Shown one piece after another: positions 35,575 to 47,700 of a DNA stretch of 62,007 nt. This DNA is from a virus (Duplodnaviria > Caudoviricetes). Made by a program: the position numbers and the translations under genes. The stretch's first letter is position 1. Each line of letters opens with the position of its first letter. The notes beneath the pieces are model-generated. The model did no database searches, had not been told where the DNA came from, and saw only the letters and a program-made list of their open reading frames with translations. Location of the stretch: positions 1 to 62,007 of IMG/VR virus record IMGVR_UViG_3300024979_000006; one strand, given 5' to 3'.

Positions 35575-35687
35575 CCTGGTATCACATGATACTGGCGATA
35601 TTATTCACGATTGCGCTGAATGTGTTGATTGATAGCACAATCCCTTGTAATCGATTAAGTAGTGAATCGTGTGAGGCTGTACGATGA
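35571..35687 (+). CDS. Small membrane protein (38 aa)
   Basis: MTWYHMILAILFTIALNVLID...; ATGA overlaps. Confidence 0.5.
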   Translation: MTWYHMILAILFTIALNVLIDSTIPCNRLSSESCEAVR

Positions 35688-35842
35688 AACGTCAAACAAT
35701 CGGACTGTTGTTGATGCCATTAGCATACATGCTCGCGGGTGTTATTTTGATTGTTGGATTTTCTTATCTGGCAATTAAAACAGGCATCGGGTTAGTGACT
35801 GATGCAGCTATTGAATCATTGATAGATCGAGATTCGTTGTGA
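35684..35842 (+). CDS. Small membrane protein (52 aa)
   Basis: MKRQTIGLLLMPLAYMLAGVILIVGFSYLAI...; overlaps at both ends. Confidence 0.55.
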   Translation: MKRQTIGLLLMPLAYMLAGVILIVGFSYLAIKTGIGLVTDAAIESLIDRDSL

Positions 35843-36024
35843 TTAAAAAAATACGCTACTGGCTATTTCATAAAAAATGGGAATCCAGCAAGAAATATTG
35901 TCCCAAATGTGGCAATACTGCCCTGGGTGAAATGGCAACCTTGCATTTAAAATTCTGCACGAACCAGGACTGTAATCACTGGTTCCCCTGGCACTTGGAT
36001 AAAGGGCAAAAATCGAGATTATGA
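35839..36024 (+). CDS. Zn-ribbon protein
   Basis: CPKCG...CTNQDC. Confidence 0.65.
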   Translation: MIKKIRYWLFHKKWESSKKYCPKCGNTALGEMATLHLKFCTNQDCNHWFPWHLDKGQKSRL

Positions 36025-36787
36025 AAGATTGGCGTTATACACTAAAGCAGGGCGATTGTCTGGAGTTGATGAAGGAAATACCGGACGGTTCAGTTGATAT
36101 GATTTTGTGCGACTTGCCATACGGAATAACAGAGTGTAAATGGGATTCTGTTATTCCGTTTGAGCCATTATGGGCACATTACAAGCGGGTTATAAAACCG
36201 AATGGGGCGATAGTATTGTTCGGCTCGCAACCGTTTACAAGTGCGCTTGTGATGAGTAATTCTAAGTGGTTTAAATATTGTTGGATATGGCAGAAAGATA
36301 AAGCAACAAACCATTTAAATGCAAAGCGAATGCCAATGCGTTTAACTGAAGATATTGCGGTTTTTTATAAAAAACAGCCAACATACAATTATCAGTTATC
36401 AGATAAGCCAGTAAAAAATATTAGGCCACCAACTAGGATAAGAAAGAACACTGGTGTTTATGGATATATGGAAAAACCATCAGTAAGGCAAATACCACTA
36501 GATAAAAGTTACCCAAATGAGATTTTAAAATTTAGAGGGTGTTTCGGTGATAAAGGCAAAAGTTTCAGTGAAACACAAAAACCCGTAGCACTCCTTGAAT
36601 ACCTAATAAAGACATATACGAATGAATATGAATTAGTCTTGGATAACTGCTTTGGTTCGTGTTCAACCGGCATTGCGGCAATGAATACGAATCGAATGTT
36701 TTATGGAATCGAACTTGATGATGATTATTTTAAGATTGGATCGGAACGAATGGCACTTGGATAAAGGGCAAAAATCGAGATTATGAA
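35989..36787. repeat. 37-bp perfect direct repeat (35989-36025 and 36751-36787) bracketing the MTase gene
   Basis: TGGCACTTGGATAAAGGGCAAAAATCGAGATTATGAA occurs twice. Confidence 0.95.
36021..36764 (+). CDS. N4/N6 DNA methyltransferase (beta class)
   Basis: DMILCDLPYG, QPFTS.LVMSN, TQKPVALLEYLIKTYT, DNCFGSCSTG. Confidence 0.92.
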   Translation: MKDWRYTLKQGDCLELMKEIPDGSVDMILCDLPYGITECKWDSVIPFEPLWAHYKRVIKPNGAIVLFGSQPFTSALVMSNSKWFKYCWIWQKDKATNHLNAKRMPMRLTEDIAVFYKKQPTYNYQLSDKPVKNIRPPTRIRKNTGVYGYMEKPSVRQIPLDKSYPNEILKFRGCFGDKGKSFSETQKPVALLEYLIKTYTNEYELVLDNCFGSCSTGIAAMNTNRMFYGIELDDDYFKIGSERMALG

Positions 36788-36926
36788 TGAATTAATTTCA
36801 AATTACTTGAGAGGAAATTATGATAGACTAAACCTGCGTAACCGATACGCTTTTAAGAAACTGGCGAGTCGATACACCAAACCAAAAACCATAACCGTAC
36901 ATATAAGAGGATTTTTCGATGAGTGA
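36783..36926 (+). CDS. Small hypothetical protein (47 aa)
   Basis: Starts at the ATG of the second 37-bp repeat; MNELISNYLRG... Confidence 0.5.
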   Translation: MNELISNYLRGNYDRLNLRNRYAFKKLASRYTKPKTITVHIRGFFDE

Positions 36927-37233
36927 ATTATTATTAAATGAGGAAGAACGTAACATCCTGAATCGCATTACCGCTGCCAAAGTAGCGGCTGACCAGGCGA
37001 GTAAAAAAGCGCAACGTGATTTACAGGAAATTCTGCTGGATATTACGTTGAATGAACGCGCCTTGTGGCAAAGTATTGCAAAATCGCACAATCTTGATCT
37101 TACCAAAAAGAATTATACCGTTGTGTATGATTCGCCGGAAGTCGCGCGGTTGGAAGAACTACCCATGCCCGGTGTATCATCTGGGTTTGAAGAAGCAGAA
37201 CAAGAAAATGAAACAGATAGCGATACTGTTTAG
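36919..37233 (+). CDS. Hypothetical coiled-coil protein
   Basis: AGAGGA RBS; 104 aa. Confidence 0.7.
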   Translation: MSELLLNEEERNILNRITAAKVAADQASKKAQRDLQEILLDITLNERALWQSIAKSHNLDLTKKNYTVVYDSPEVARLEELPMPGVSSGFEEAEQENETDSDTV

Positions 37234-37489
37234 TCTGCTATTGTCATCTTGTGCTGTTGTTCATACTACCGATAAATATGCCGATGGCCGCAAGATCACG
37301 ACAACAGGTATTGAGATCGGTAGAACTGAAGCACTAACAAATTATCGTGATAATGCTACCAAAGACGGTCGTGAGATTTCAATCGGTTCCGCTTCTGCTG
37401 ATGTTAATGTCGATGCTATTAAAGCATCAGGCGCAACGCTTGGTGTATTAGTTGGAACGGCTGTTAAAACTTATACTGGAGTGCCGTAA
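37208..37489 (+). CDS. Lipoprotein
   Basis: Start ATG 37208: MKQIAILFSLLLSSC lipobox. Confidence 0.7.
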   Translation: MKQIAILFSLLLSSCAVVHTTDKYADGRKITTTGIEIGRTEALTNYRDNATKDGREISIGSASADVNVDAIKASGATLGVLVGTAVKTYTGVP

Positions 37490-37490
37490 A

Positions 37491-37745
37491 ATGAATGAAA
37501 ATACAGTTACACAAGAATTGATAGATTCTAAAATAGTTGAAGATTTATATTATCGATTCCCAGGAACAACTGTAACGGTTTGTTGTTTAACATTTGTCAA
37601 TGGCTTCAATGTAATAGGAGAATCCGCTTGTGCTGATCCGGTAAATTTCAATGAAGATATTGGAAAAAAAATAGCCAAAGAAAGCGCCAAATCTAAAATG
37701 TGGGCGCTTGAAGGCTATTTACTGAAAGAGAGGCTATCGCAATGA
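37491..37745 (+). CDS. N4 Gp49/Sf6 gp66-family protein
   Basis: TVTVCCL...NGF.V.GESACADP.NF...IG..IA......WALEGYLLK. Confidence 0.85.
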   Translation: MNENTVTQELIDSKIVEDLYYRFPGTTVTVCCLTFVNGFNVIGESACADPVNFNEDIGKKIAKESAKSKMWALEGYLLKERLSQ

Positions 37746-38026
37746 AAAAGCTACTACTCATAAGTCTACTGCTAGTTTCTACCGTTTCACTGGCCGATGG
37801 CGTAGACGATCCGAATTTTTACCGGGACTTTGACAAGCACCCATGCCGATATAATTTGGGTTTCAACGAGGATAAATGCGTCGAACCTAAACATAAAGGT
37901 TACGTTGACATCAATCAATTCAAACACAGCAAACCACCAACACAAGTGCCCGAACCATCTATGCTTGGTTTACTTGGTATAGGTTGTATTGTTGGCGGAA
38001 TATTCGCTCGTAATCGTAAGCCTTAG
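37742..38026 (+). CDS. Secreted PEP-CTERM protein
   Basis: Sec signal peptide; C-terminal VPEPSMLGLLGIGCIVGGIFARNRK. Confidence 0.85.
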   Translation: MKKLLLISLLLVSTVSLADGVDDPNFYRDFDKHPCRYNLGFNEDKCVEPKHKGYVDINQFKHSKPPTQVPEPSMLGLLGIGCIVGGIFARNRKP

Positions 38027-38474
38027 CGGCGATTTTTAATGCAGCGTCAGTGCCGTTTATACAACGCCTGGCGCTCATAAAATCAACCGATTCATCATTA
38101 ATATAATCGGTCAGTTTCTTACCTGTAAATGCGCCGGTTTTAAATCCATGCACTAGGATAAATACGGCTGTTGCTGGATCTAATGCTAAATCTGGATTAT
38201 CTACCAACGGTTTAGCCAGTAGCTTCTGGTACTTTAAATAGTTCCGTTTCCAGGTTAATTGTACGTAACCGCGCCCGTAATACGGGTAATAATCCGCATG
38301 GTGTGTACGTAAATAGGAATCTGGATCTTTCAACCAATATGCTTCTTTGACTGGCTTAAATGCCCCGTTTGTTTCATGGTCTGCTGTAGCAACAACATAC
38401 GCATGTTGTGCCAATAACGTTAAACCCTGTTTATTGCACTCGTTTCTAATTCGAGTAATAGTTTCGTTTTTCAT
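37959..38474 (-). CDS. Endolysin, glycoside hydrolase family 19-like
   Basis: AT..HET...VKE, YYGRGYVQLTWKRNY, ARR.INGTD. Confidence 0.88.
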   Translation of the reverse strand: MKNETITRIRNECNKQGLTLLAQHAYVVATADHETNGAFKPVKEAYWLKDPDSYLRTHHADYYPYYGRGYVQLTWKRNYLKYQKLLAKPLVDNPDLALDPATAVFILVHGFKTGAFTGKKLTDYINDESVDFMSARRCINGTDAALKIAAKAYDYERIFRQQYNLYQVNQA

Positions 38475-38743
38475 TTGAAAAAGATATGTTTAATTATGTA
38501 CGAGGATGCTAGCGTTAGCATTGCGGTTATTGACCATTGCATAATGGTTTTCTTAGCTTCCTCGTAAAATAGAGTCTTTGCGTTTTCTTTCTCAATAAAC
38601 TGTGCTAACCATTCGTGTTGCTCTTGATGTATTACTGACAATGCTAATTTCTCATCAAGCGCCCTATGTACTATTTCTGTTAAATCTTCCCGTGTAATAC
38701 CAGTCATAATATAGTGACTCATGTTTACTAACGTCCTTGCCAT
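38471..38743 (-). CDS. Holin/antiholin-like single-TM protein
   Basis: C-terminal hydrophobic helix; ATGA-coupled to the endolysin. Confidence 0.55.
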   Translation of the reverse strand: MARTLVNMSHYIMTGITREDLTEIVHRALDEKLALSVIHQEQHEWLAQFIEKENAKTLFYEEAKKTIMQWSITAMLTLASSYIIKHIFFK

Positions 38744-38769
38744 ATCGCCGGTACTTTACCGGATTAAAA

Positions 38770-41700
38770 TTAATTCAATTTGCGAGACAATCTGTCTTGC
38801 TGGTTTCGTAACTGCTCAATCCGTCTACGCTTTGCGTCTGGTGATTGATTACTACGTTCAACACTACGAATTATATCATTAAGTTTTGTAACAGCCTGTT
38901 TAACGTGTTCAACAGATTTATATTTTAGTATTGATTCTTTGTTCTCGCTTCTAAATTCTCGCGCTTCTGCTATTTTGCCTTGTTTCTTCAGGTTATTATA
39001 CGTACCGTAGGCTTGTTCAAGTTCTTTTGCTTGTTCGTACATTTGCGATACATACCGACTTCGTGCGCCTTTTAGACTAGACGCCATGTTACCCGTCAAC
39101 ACTTTTGTTAAATCTGATGCAGGTCTTGACGGTTCGTCCGATACACCACGCATTGCCATATCAACACCACCCATAACAAACGCGCCTAACCATGAAAAAT
39201 AAGCTCTGGTAAGGTGATCTATTTGCACAGGTGATAATGTTCCATTGCTTGCTTTACTCAGCTCACGCGCTACCAGTGTCGTATCGCCTCTGTATCGGTA
39301 TTGCGGCTCTAAACGCTCCATGCCCATAGTTTCTATTGGTCGCCCGGTAAAACTATCGTTGTTCGCGTACAGGTCAATAATCGGCTTGATCATTTGTGGT
39401 ATGGGATTCATAGCCAACTGATCGCCTAGCACCTTAGCAACACGCTCTTTAAACCGTTGTCCGGTCATCTCATCATCAAACATTAACTCGGCGGTACGTT
39501 CGGCCAGTGTAGCCAATGCGCCGATTTCAAACGGCTTTGGTATTCTATATGCGGTATCACCAAACTTAAACCACCAGTAGTTGTCTCGGTCCCAATCCTC
39601 ACGCTTCTTCCAATCGTCGTCGTCGTGGTATTGTGTCAATAGTGCCAATGATGCGAGTGTTACTGCCCCAACAACCGTAGCCATTCGCGCCTTGTCCTCG
39701 TTCGTCGCCTTTCCGAGTTTATACATACCCTGTAATCTGGCGTTCATAAACGGTACGATCTTGGTTAATATCCGTATCGATGAGAATGTACCCTGTAACG
39801 AAAAGTCCATCAAATCACGCGCCATTAACGCGGCCTGTCCTTCGCTGACTCCCTGTTGTCTGAGTTGATGATACAGTGACATCCGGTTAATTTCTTCACC
39901 ACGATTACCAAGTTCATTGTATGCGGCGAGAGCCGGCTCAAGCGTAGCATCGTAAAACGCGCGGATCTTGGATTCGTTATCCAAAATACTCGCTTCTTTA
40001 TTGCCGAGCTTGATTAACTGTTGTGTACGTGCTGATTCCGATCCTTCCAGCATGGTGCCGAACCGGATCAAACCACCTGCGGCCAGAGCACTAACGTATT
40101 CAGGATTCGTTTTATCGGTAAGTTGCCAACCTTCTTTCAGGTTCTTACCGATGTTATACGACATGCCTGATCCTGTAGCAATCGATTGAATGGAATCTCG
40201 TATCAGGTTTCGCACTTTGAAAAATGGTGATGCGGTAACGCCCATAGTTAGCATAGACTTAAACGCGCCTAATACACTCATGGCACCGCCCTTGATACCT
40301 GCATATTCCAGTGAACTTATTGCAGCCAATACATAGGGATCATCGACTACAAATTCTTTTTTTGCGCCGTTGTCCTTATACCAAACCGTTTTCTTTGTTC
40401 CTGGTGGTAACAACGTACCATTCGATGCAACGTACTCGCCCATATTCGACGCTACTTGTTTTGCTACACCATGATTAACCGCAGCTTCCAATGTGGCTTT
40501 AGCCGCCCGATTCTTGGCTGACGCATCAATCAAATGTGACCAGTTCATCAACGTGTTTTCAAGCAGGTCTGAATTTAATTTATCAGATCCACCCTTTAAA
40601 CGTTTGATTGCTTCTTGCCTGATCAATCCATTTTTAACATCACCACCACGGACACCGGCCTCGTCATCCATCGACCGATAGAACGGAACATAGAATTCGT
40701 TTTCCCAAAATTGCCGACCGGCACCGTCGATTAATCCTGATTGTTCAGCAATATCCAAAGCGTTCTTATTAAATTCGTTGAACTTAATCAGCGTGTCTTT
40801 GTATGCGTCCGTGCGGTTACGTGTTGTTTGCCCATTAGCCAGCTTGTAATCAAAATCAAGCGTACCATCGGATAATGTTTTCAATGCGTCTATCTTTGGC
40901 TGATCAAACAGGTTTTCACGATCCTCGGCTAGTAACTTCTCAGCACGATTAGCAGAAACCCACCAAAGAAAATCGTGTGTTTCTTTGCCTATCGGCGCGA
41001 AAACATTTTTAATGACACCGCCCGTAGTGTCGCTGTTGTATGAACCGTCTGCATTGATGCTTAATTTTCCGTAACGCATAAACGTTTCAAATGCACCGCT
41101 TGAGCCTTTTGATAACCGTGACAGCATGTAGCCGTTTTCAGATATTTCTTTAATCGGTGCAAACTGATCGAATACGCCCTGCACCCATTTTTTGGCGAAC
41201 GTCTTGCGCATATCTTGTAACTGAGATTTCAATGATTTCTCGGTTACAGTCCGGCCTGTTTTCTTGAATGCGTCCAGTTGCTCTTGCGTCCGTTGACGGT
41301 TCGTGTCGCCGGTCACAATCTCGCGGTCTTGCATGATAGAGAAACGAACATCATTGTTAGATGTGCTGAAATCGCCGTTATTCCCAATTGCCGATTTTAT
41401 TTGGCTGGGGGAGAAGGCGACATACACGTTATGTCTTCCAGCACTTGTGTAATATTCAAACGCACCGTAACCGCCGTCCTCGTAGTCCAGAATCACCACA
41501 CCATCCCGTCCATCAGCGCGCGCTTTTTCAAGCCACTCTGCTTGTTGCACATGGTTAAATGCGTCCCCTTTTGCGTTTATTTCCAAAGGGTTTTTTAATG
41601 CCACGTAGGTGGCTATAACATTCGCTCCTGTGGTGGGAGAATTTGGATTTACGCCTAGCTCTCCAGCGATACGATCAGTTACTTGCCCTGGGCCTTCTTC

Positions 41701-44700
41701 TGGATCATACATGTCATTTATTCGGTCTGCGTATGCTATGCGCCGCTCTGCGTCTGTGTACTCCCTGTCTTCATCGAGATTGTAGTCATATTCTATAAAA
41801 CTTACTCTCCTGAACTGGGAATCCATACGCGCAATAAAACGGGTAAAATACTCTTCCGGCAGCTTGTTTAACGCATCTAAAAAACCCTCCCTGTTAAAAG
41901 TATCCGATCCTCCGGCGTACACACCTCCAGCTATACTAGAACTGGAGGTGAAGAATACCCCATCATCCCAAGGCTGAACGCCTTTTTTGAATACCCCGTT
42001 TTCTATATCGGATTTGGTTCCATGATAAACAACTAATGGTCGTCCTTGCTCATCAACAACCTTACTATCCCCAAACCAGCGGTAAAAATTCCTAACCTCT
42101 TCCTCAGTCATTGCAATCGGCTTGCCATTTGAATTAAGCGTAGAGCGTTCCTTACCATCAATCATCAGCGTCTTATTCTTGATACCGAACAACGGCATCC
42201 CTTCGCCCAGTATCTTGGCTTTCATTTCTGGCGTGATGATTATTGCGGGTCGCCCGTTTACCGAATCCACTTCACCCCCCATCTTCTTAACGATTTCACG
42301 CGCGGCCTGTGTGATTAGTGCCGGCTTACCTTCTGCGTTCAAACCGTTCTCATTACCATACATCGCGTGCGTCCATGGCGAGTCGATTTTTAAATCAGAA
42401 CCGGATAATTCACGCAAACCTGTATTTTCGTTCGGTTTCGATTCCAATAATTTCTTCGCTGCATCTTTGCCAATGTAATCGGCAATCTTATCTTCTGGCA
42501 CATTGGGTATTACGTGCGTATCGTCGTTATTATCGACATACATTAATTCCTGATAATCGCCACCACGATACTCAACTTTTGAAATTGACTTACTCAAATC
42601 GTACAGATCAGCTTGTTGTGCGCCCGTAGACCACGCTACGGACGTTTTACCGTCATCGATAGCTTGTGATATAGCTTTCTTGAGTAGTAACGATATGTAA
42701 GCGTCAGAAGGTTTATTTTGCGCATTGGTTACGAATGGGGCGGGTGGGACGCCTTTACCAAACCCATCCTTCCTACCCGCTTGTAACCGTAGGCTCTGGA
42801 TCTCGTTGATCAACAAACCGTCGCCGCGGGTATCGAACCGCATCCAGGCAATTTGTTTCCCCTTTCCGGCATCACCAAAATGAGTCGTGTCGGATTCATC
42901 GAATTTTTCAACCGTGGGAATCGTAACAACCAGTTCCTTATAATTCGTGCCGCCTGGAATGGTGTAGTTGGAATCAGCGTATTTTGCATCATCATCCAAC
43001 ACCACATCTTCAACCCGCACCGCGTTATCGTTCAGATAATCCAGTACATCTTGTTTCGATACCTTACCCTTGCCGGCACTATCCAGGTAATCGTTTAATC
43101 CGGTCCAGTACACCTCATCCGCTTTGATTCCCATTTTGCTCATGTTACCGGCTAACCAGAGTTTCGTTTGTTGCGCATTACCCGTGAATGCTTTATCCGG
43201 TGCGCCCATGATTCCCTTGCGTAACGCTGAGTAGAATCGTGCAGTTGTGTTACTGGCTAAAAGATTTCCTGAATCTTTGAAATCAGGATCAAATGCGGCA
43301 TTGATGCTGCGGATTTGGTTTGGATTGAAAAGCGTTACTTCCGCATCCATTACATAATTCCCATTAGCTTTTTGTCTTTTTACTGAAACAGAGTCATAAC
43401 CGTTACTACTCAATATTTCTTTTACTCGATTACCACCAATCCCACCGTCACCTAAAAAGTCGCTAAATGATAGGGTTGTATTTTTTAAGACATCAGTCCT
43501 TACTATTGTTTTTCCTATCTCAATTAAATCCTTTCTCTGTTTAACTAATGACCTGTATTTTTTTTCGTCAGCTTGGTTATTAAAGTCCTCTGGAGGTGCA
43601 AACTTATACTTGTGGTCGAAATATTCTAGTTTTTTATTAATAGTCTTTATTTGTTTTTCTATCTGAGTGCCACTAACATCATGGAATTGCGCTAAAAATT
43701 CTGACTCTGTTTCATTCCATCCTGTTAGTTTTAATAATTTTTCAGCAAGTTCGGATTTGCTGTTCATTTCCCATGAATCGTTAATATTAAAAGTGTTACC
43801 TTTTTTAATATGCAACGGATAAATAACAGGATTTCCACCAATCCTATCCGCTGCGTTAAGTGCGTACGCATACGCATCATTGGTTATTTTTGTTACACTG
43901 ATTCCTGAGCCAAACCATCCATTATTAAAAGTAGACGCACCTTGTTTATCTAAATCAAATTCTTTTATGTCTTGGTTTGTACCATGATAATACGTCCTAT
44001 CAACATCAAACCCCATCGCCTTCGCACGTTCCATACGTGCCGCTTGTGACATATCAAGTCCCTTCGCCTTGGCACGTAACCATTCCTCTGCTTCCCCTGC
44101 ATCTGTGCCTTTATAACCTTGCGCTTTGGCTGATTTAAGTATCGTTTCGTTACCACTCGTAGTCTGACTATTCAACGTACTCGGTGCCGAACGTAACGCT
44201 GTTTGCGCCATATACACCAGGTCTTTGGTATTCAGACTAAACGCGAACTTATCACCGAATACTTTGCGTATCGCGGACCGGATGAACGCGATGATTCGTT
44301 GTGTTATGGATAACTTCGGATGATACTGAACCAGATATGCGGCTACTTCTTCATTGACAAACGCGGCGGGTGTATTCTCAGGAACACGGGCAAATGCGGC
44401 TTGTACATCCTTATCAGTCTCGCGTAATTTATTCAGATCATTGAGTATCGATTGAAACTCCTTGGAATCACGGTTCAACTGTAGAGCATGGACACCCAAC
44501 TCATGCAGCATCAATCCGCGCACGTTGTCGGTTGTGTCGATGTTTTCAGGGATGAAGTAGGTTACACCGTTCTTTGGATTAAAAAACGCTTGCGCCTTGC
44601 CGTTGTTGCTGTATTTGGCGATTCGACTTATATCATTCGCACCAATAAACTCGACCTTACCCGTTGCCAGTAATGAATCGACCCAGGATTTACTAAACTC

Positions 44701-47700
44701 CTGATCCATGGCGGCGCGTAGGGTTTGTTTGGTGTGTGGGGTTGCTGCGGTTGTTGATTTGCTGAATTTAGTATCGTCGGTCCAATATCCAAACTCATTT
44801 AACGAATCGCCGTTAGTGAATAATTGACTCGCTTTAACCTTTTTTGAAATTATTTTATAGTCGCCATTTAAATTACTATCACCATGTTCTTTAGCGTAAG
44901 TCTTGCTCAATGTCACCCAATCGCCATTATTAATGCCTGTTTTAACCGACGCTTCTTCTGGTAAATTACGTAATCTTTCGCGCTCACCATACGCCCAGTC
45001 GTACCATTTGGAACCATCTTTTATATGCGCGTCTTTAGGAAGCGTTCCTCGCTTTATATAAGCCGCCATATCCCCATTCAACTTATCAAGTTTATCTGAG
45101 TTGGTTAATATTTTTGGCACAGTTCGATAGACTGTGACAGTGGCGTTTGGTTTGTTTTTTACACTCTGTAATGCGTAATAGGATTCTCTATCGGCAGTGT
45201 CTTGACCTGTGCCGTAATATGACAGCCCTTTTTGACCATAAAAATCTTCTGGATAAATTCCGTTCGATGACACATTATGCGCCGGTGCGCCTTCTTCTGA
45301 GTTAGGCGGTCGGTGTTCGCCCCCGTATTGTTCGGTTTCTTCCGACTTACTAAACTTAACGTCGTTCGGTTTAGCTAACACCTCACGCATCTTAATAACG
45401 GCCTCCTTGACCGGCATAGACCGACCGCCATCGAGACTTATTGTTTTTTTACCAGGATGGTGCGTGGCAATCCGACCTGAAGCATTGTACTGTTCAACGA
45501 GCGTCGGTATGTCGAAGGCGGGTTTTGATTCTGCATCATAACCTTTGAACCAGTCTTTAGCGTTCTTGTGTTTTGCGTCAGTGTAATAAGATGGCAACTC
45601 TCGTTTTTCACCTTCCAATGCTGCCTTTTGCCCCGTCACATAATGCAATCCTTTACCACTTGATTCAAAATCAAGTTGATTCGACTTAGTCATTGTTGTG
45701 GCTTCAGTCGTAGGTGCATCTAAAACGGCACGGTATACGGGCTTTTGTAGCCCATTCCAATCAGCATAACCTTCTTGCTTTATAGCGAAATCTTTCCCTG
45801 TCGCCTGTTTAAACGCATTAGCCTCAACTCTTGCTAATTCAGCGCCATGTTCCCCACCAAATGACCGCTTACCTTGTTGATTGTCGTAGTCAAAATAATT
45901 TGATAGATAAACGTCGTTTTGATCTTTTAATCCACCTGGTTTTAAATCTTCTTTAGAATAGTTGACGCCTGTTGTTGACTCGGATTGATCGCTTTTAGCG
46001 ATAGGTTGTTTAATAGCCGATTGTCGATTTAAAGACTCAATACGCTGCCCAACAAAATCAGGGATTTTTGTTGATCGTCTTCCGTCAGTTAATTTATAAC
46101 TATATCCAATAGGTTCCCCCGTTATTTTTCCGACTTCATAAATAGGTTCTTTTCTTAATCTTACGTCTAAATTTTTAGGATCAACAACATTATTTACAAC
46201 GGTAGTCCATGTTTCACCTTTCCAAACTATAGGCGATTTTTTATCAAATCGTTTATCTTCCGTAAGCGGTGTAACCGACGCGTTCATCCGTAACTGCTCG
46301 GCCTGAGTATCCTTAAAAAACTTCCTGGCTTCAGTTGTCGATTTAAAATTTGCACCGGGAAATATCGGCTTACCGTCCGTAGTGGTATCAACCAACTCCA
46401 CATTGCCGGTTCTTTGGTTTACTCTGGCACTTTTGGGTTTAAGCGTTATTTTCGTGACATCAGGAATCGTCACGCCCTCTCTAGGCACGATGCTATTACC
46501 CTTAACCTCATACACAGATGGGATCAAATGCGGCGCTTCGGTCTTGCTCGATAGGACTCTGAACGCTTCGGATGGTGAGGCGTAAGTGTTAGCTGCTGGC
46601 GTTTCGTTTACTGGTAAATTTACCGCTGGCGTTTCGTTTACTGGTAAATTTACCGCTGGCGTTTCACTTACTGGTAAATTTACCGCTGGCGCGGCGGGAG
46701 CAACGGGCGGCTGTACTGCGGTCAACTTTTTCTTTGCGTCATCTACCGAATATCGATACCAAACAGAACTTCCGTCATCAAATGCGTCAACAAGGTTTAA
46801 TTTTTTACCTGTGCCGTGCATACGTTGATACGTATTGTTAGCAACTTGCATCCGGTCTTGTTCGGTGCTCATTGGCAAGCCTTGGTAATCTTCTCTTATT
46901 TCAATATGTCCGGTTTCAGGATCTTGATTAACTAGCAATCTATTATGTTTACCCTTGCCGGTTATATCACTGTCTATATCTTTTTTGTAGATATTAGCAT
47001 CTCTCATATTTTTTGAAATGCCGTTAGACGCAGCTCGTTGTTGTGCGTTATTTATCTTCTGACTTAACGTTAAGGTTTCCTGAACCGGCGCGGCGGCGGG
47101 CGGTTGTGCTGTGGTTTCTTGAACCGGCGCGGCGGCGGGCGGTTGTGCTGTGGTTTCTTGAACCGGCGCGGCTATGGGCGGCTGTACGGGCGTTTCGTTT
47201 ACTGGCGCGGCAACGGGCGGCTGTGCAATGGTTTCCTGAACCGGTACGGCGGTTTCTGGCTTTTTATTAATATTTTCTAACGGGTTCGTCATTCCAAAAA
47301 CATCATTGGTTTGACCTGCGCCCATGAAATCATCTACAACAGAATCGACATTAACATCTTCGCGTTTAGCTTCAACTTTTGGTTTGTTGACTATTTCATT
47401 ATTGGTATAACTATTTAATAACGATTCTTCCGCTTTCGCTGTCTCTAAATCAGAGTCGTAGTTTTCCCGTATCTGCCACCCGGCGGTTTGACGCGCCAAT
47501 GCGTCAGCGTCCGGGTTCTTGTCTGCCCAATCTTTAAGTGCTTTTTGCGTCCATAAATCCTTGGGCATTGTTAAGATTTCAGGATTAACGGTACGCTCAA
47601 TTTGGTTCTTGGTATTCGGCGCTTCGTCCGTACCCGTTTCGTTACGCACGGCAATGTCGGACAAGCCTTGCAGTATGCGTGTTTGTTTCGGCGTTACGGG

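Noticed and set aside
37052-37207. 5' extension of the lipoprotein ORF given in the track
   Set aside because: It overlaps 36919-37233, and the signal peptide begins at ATG 37208.
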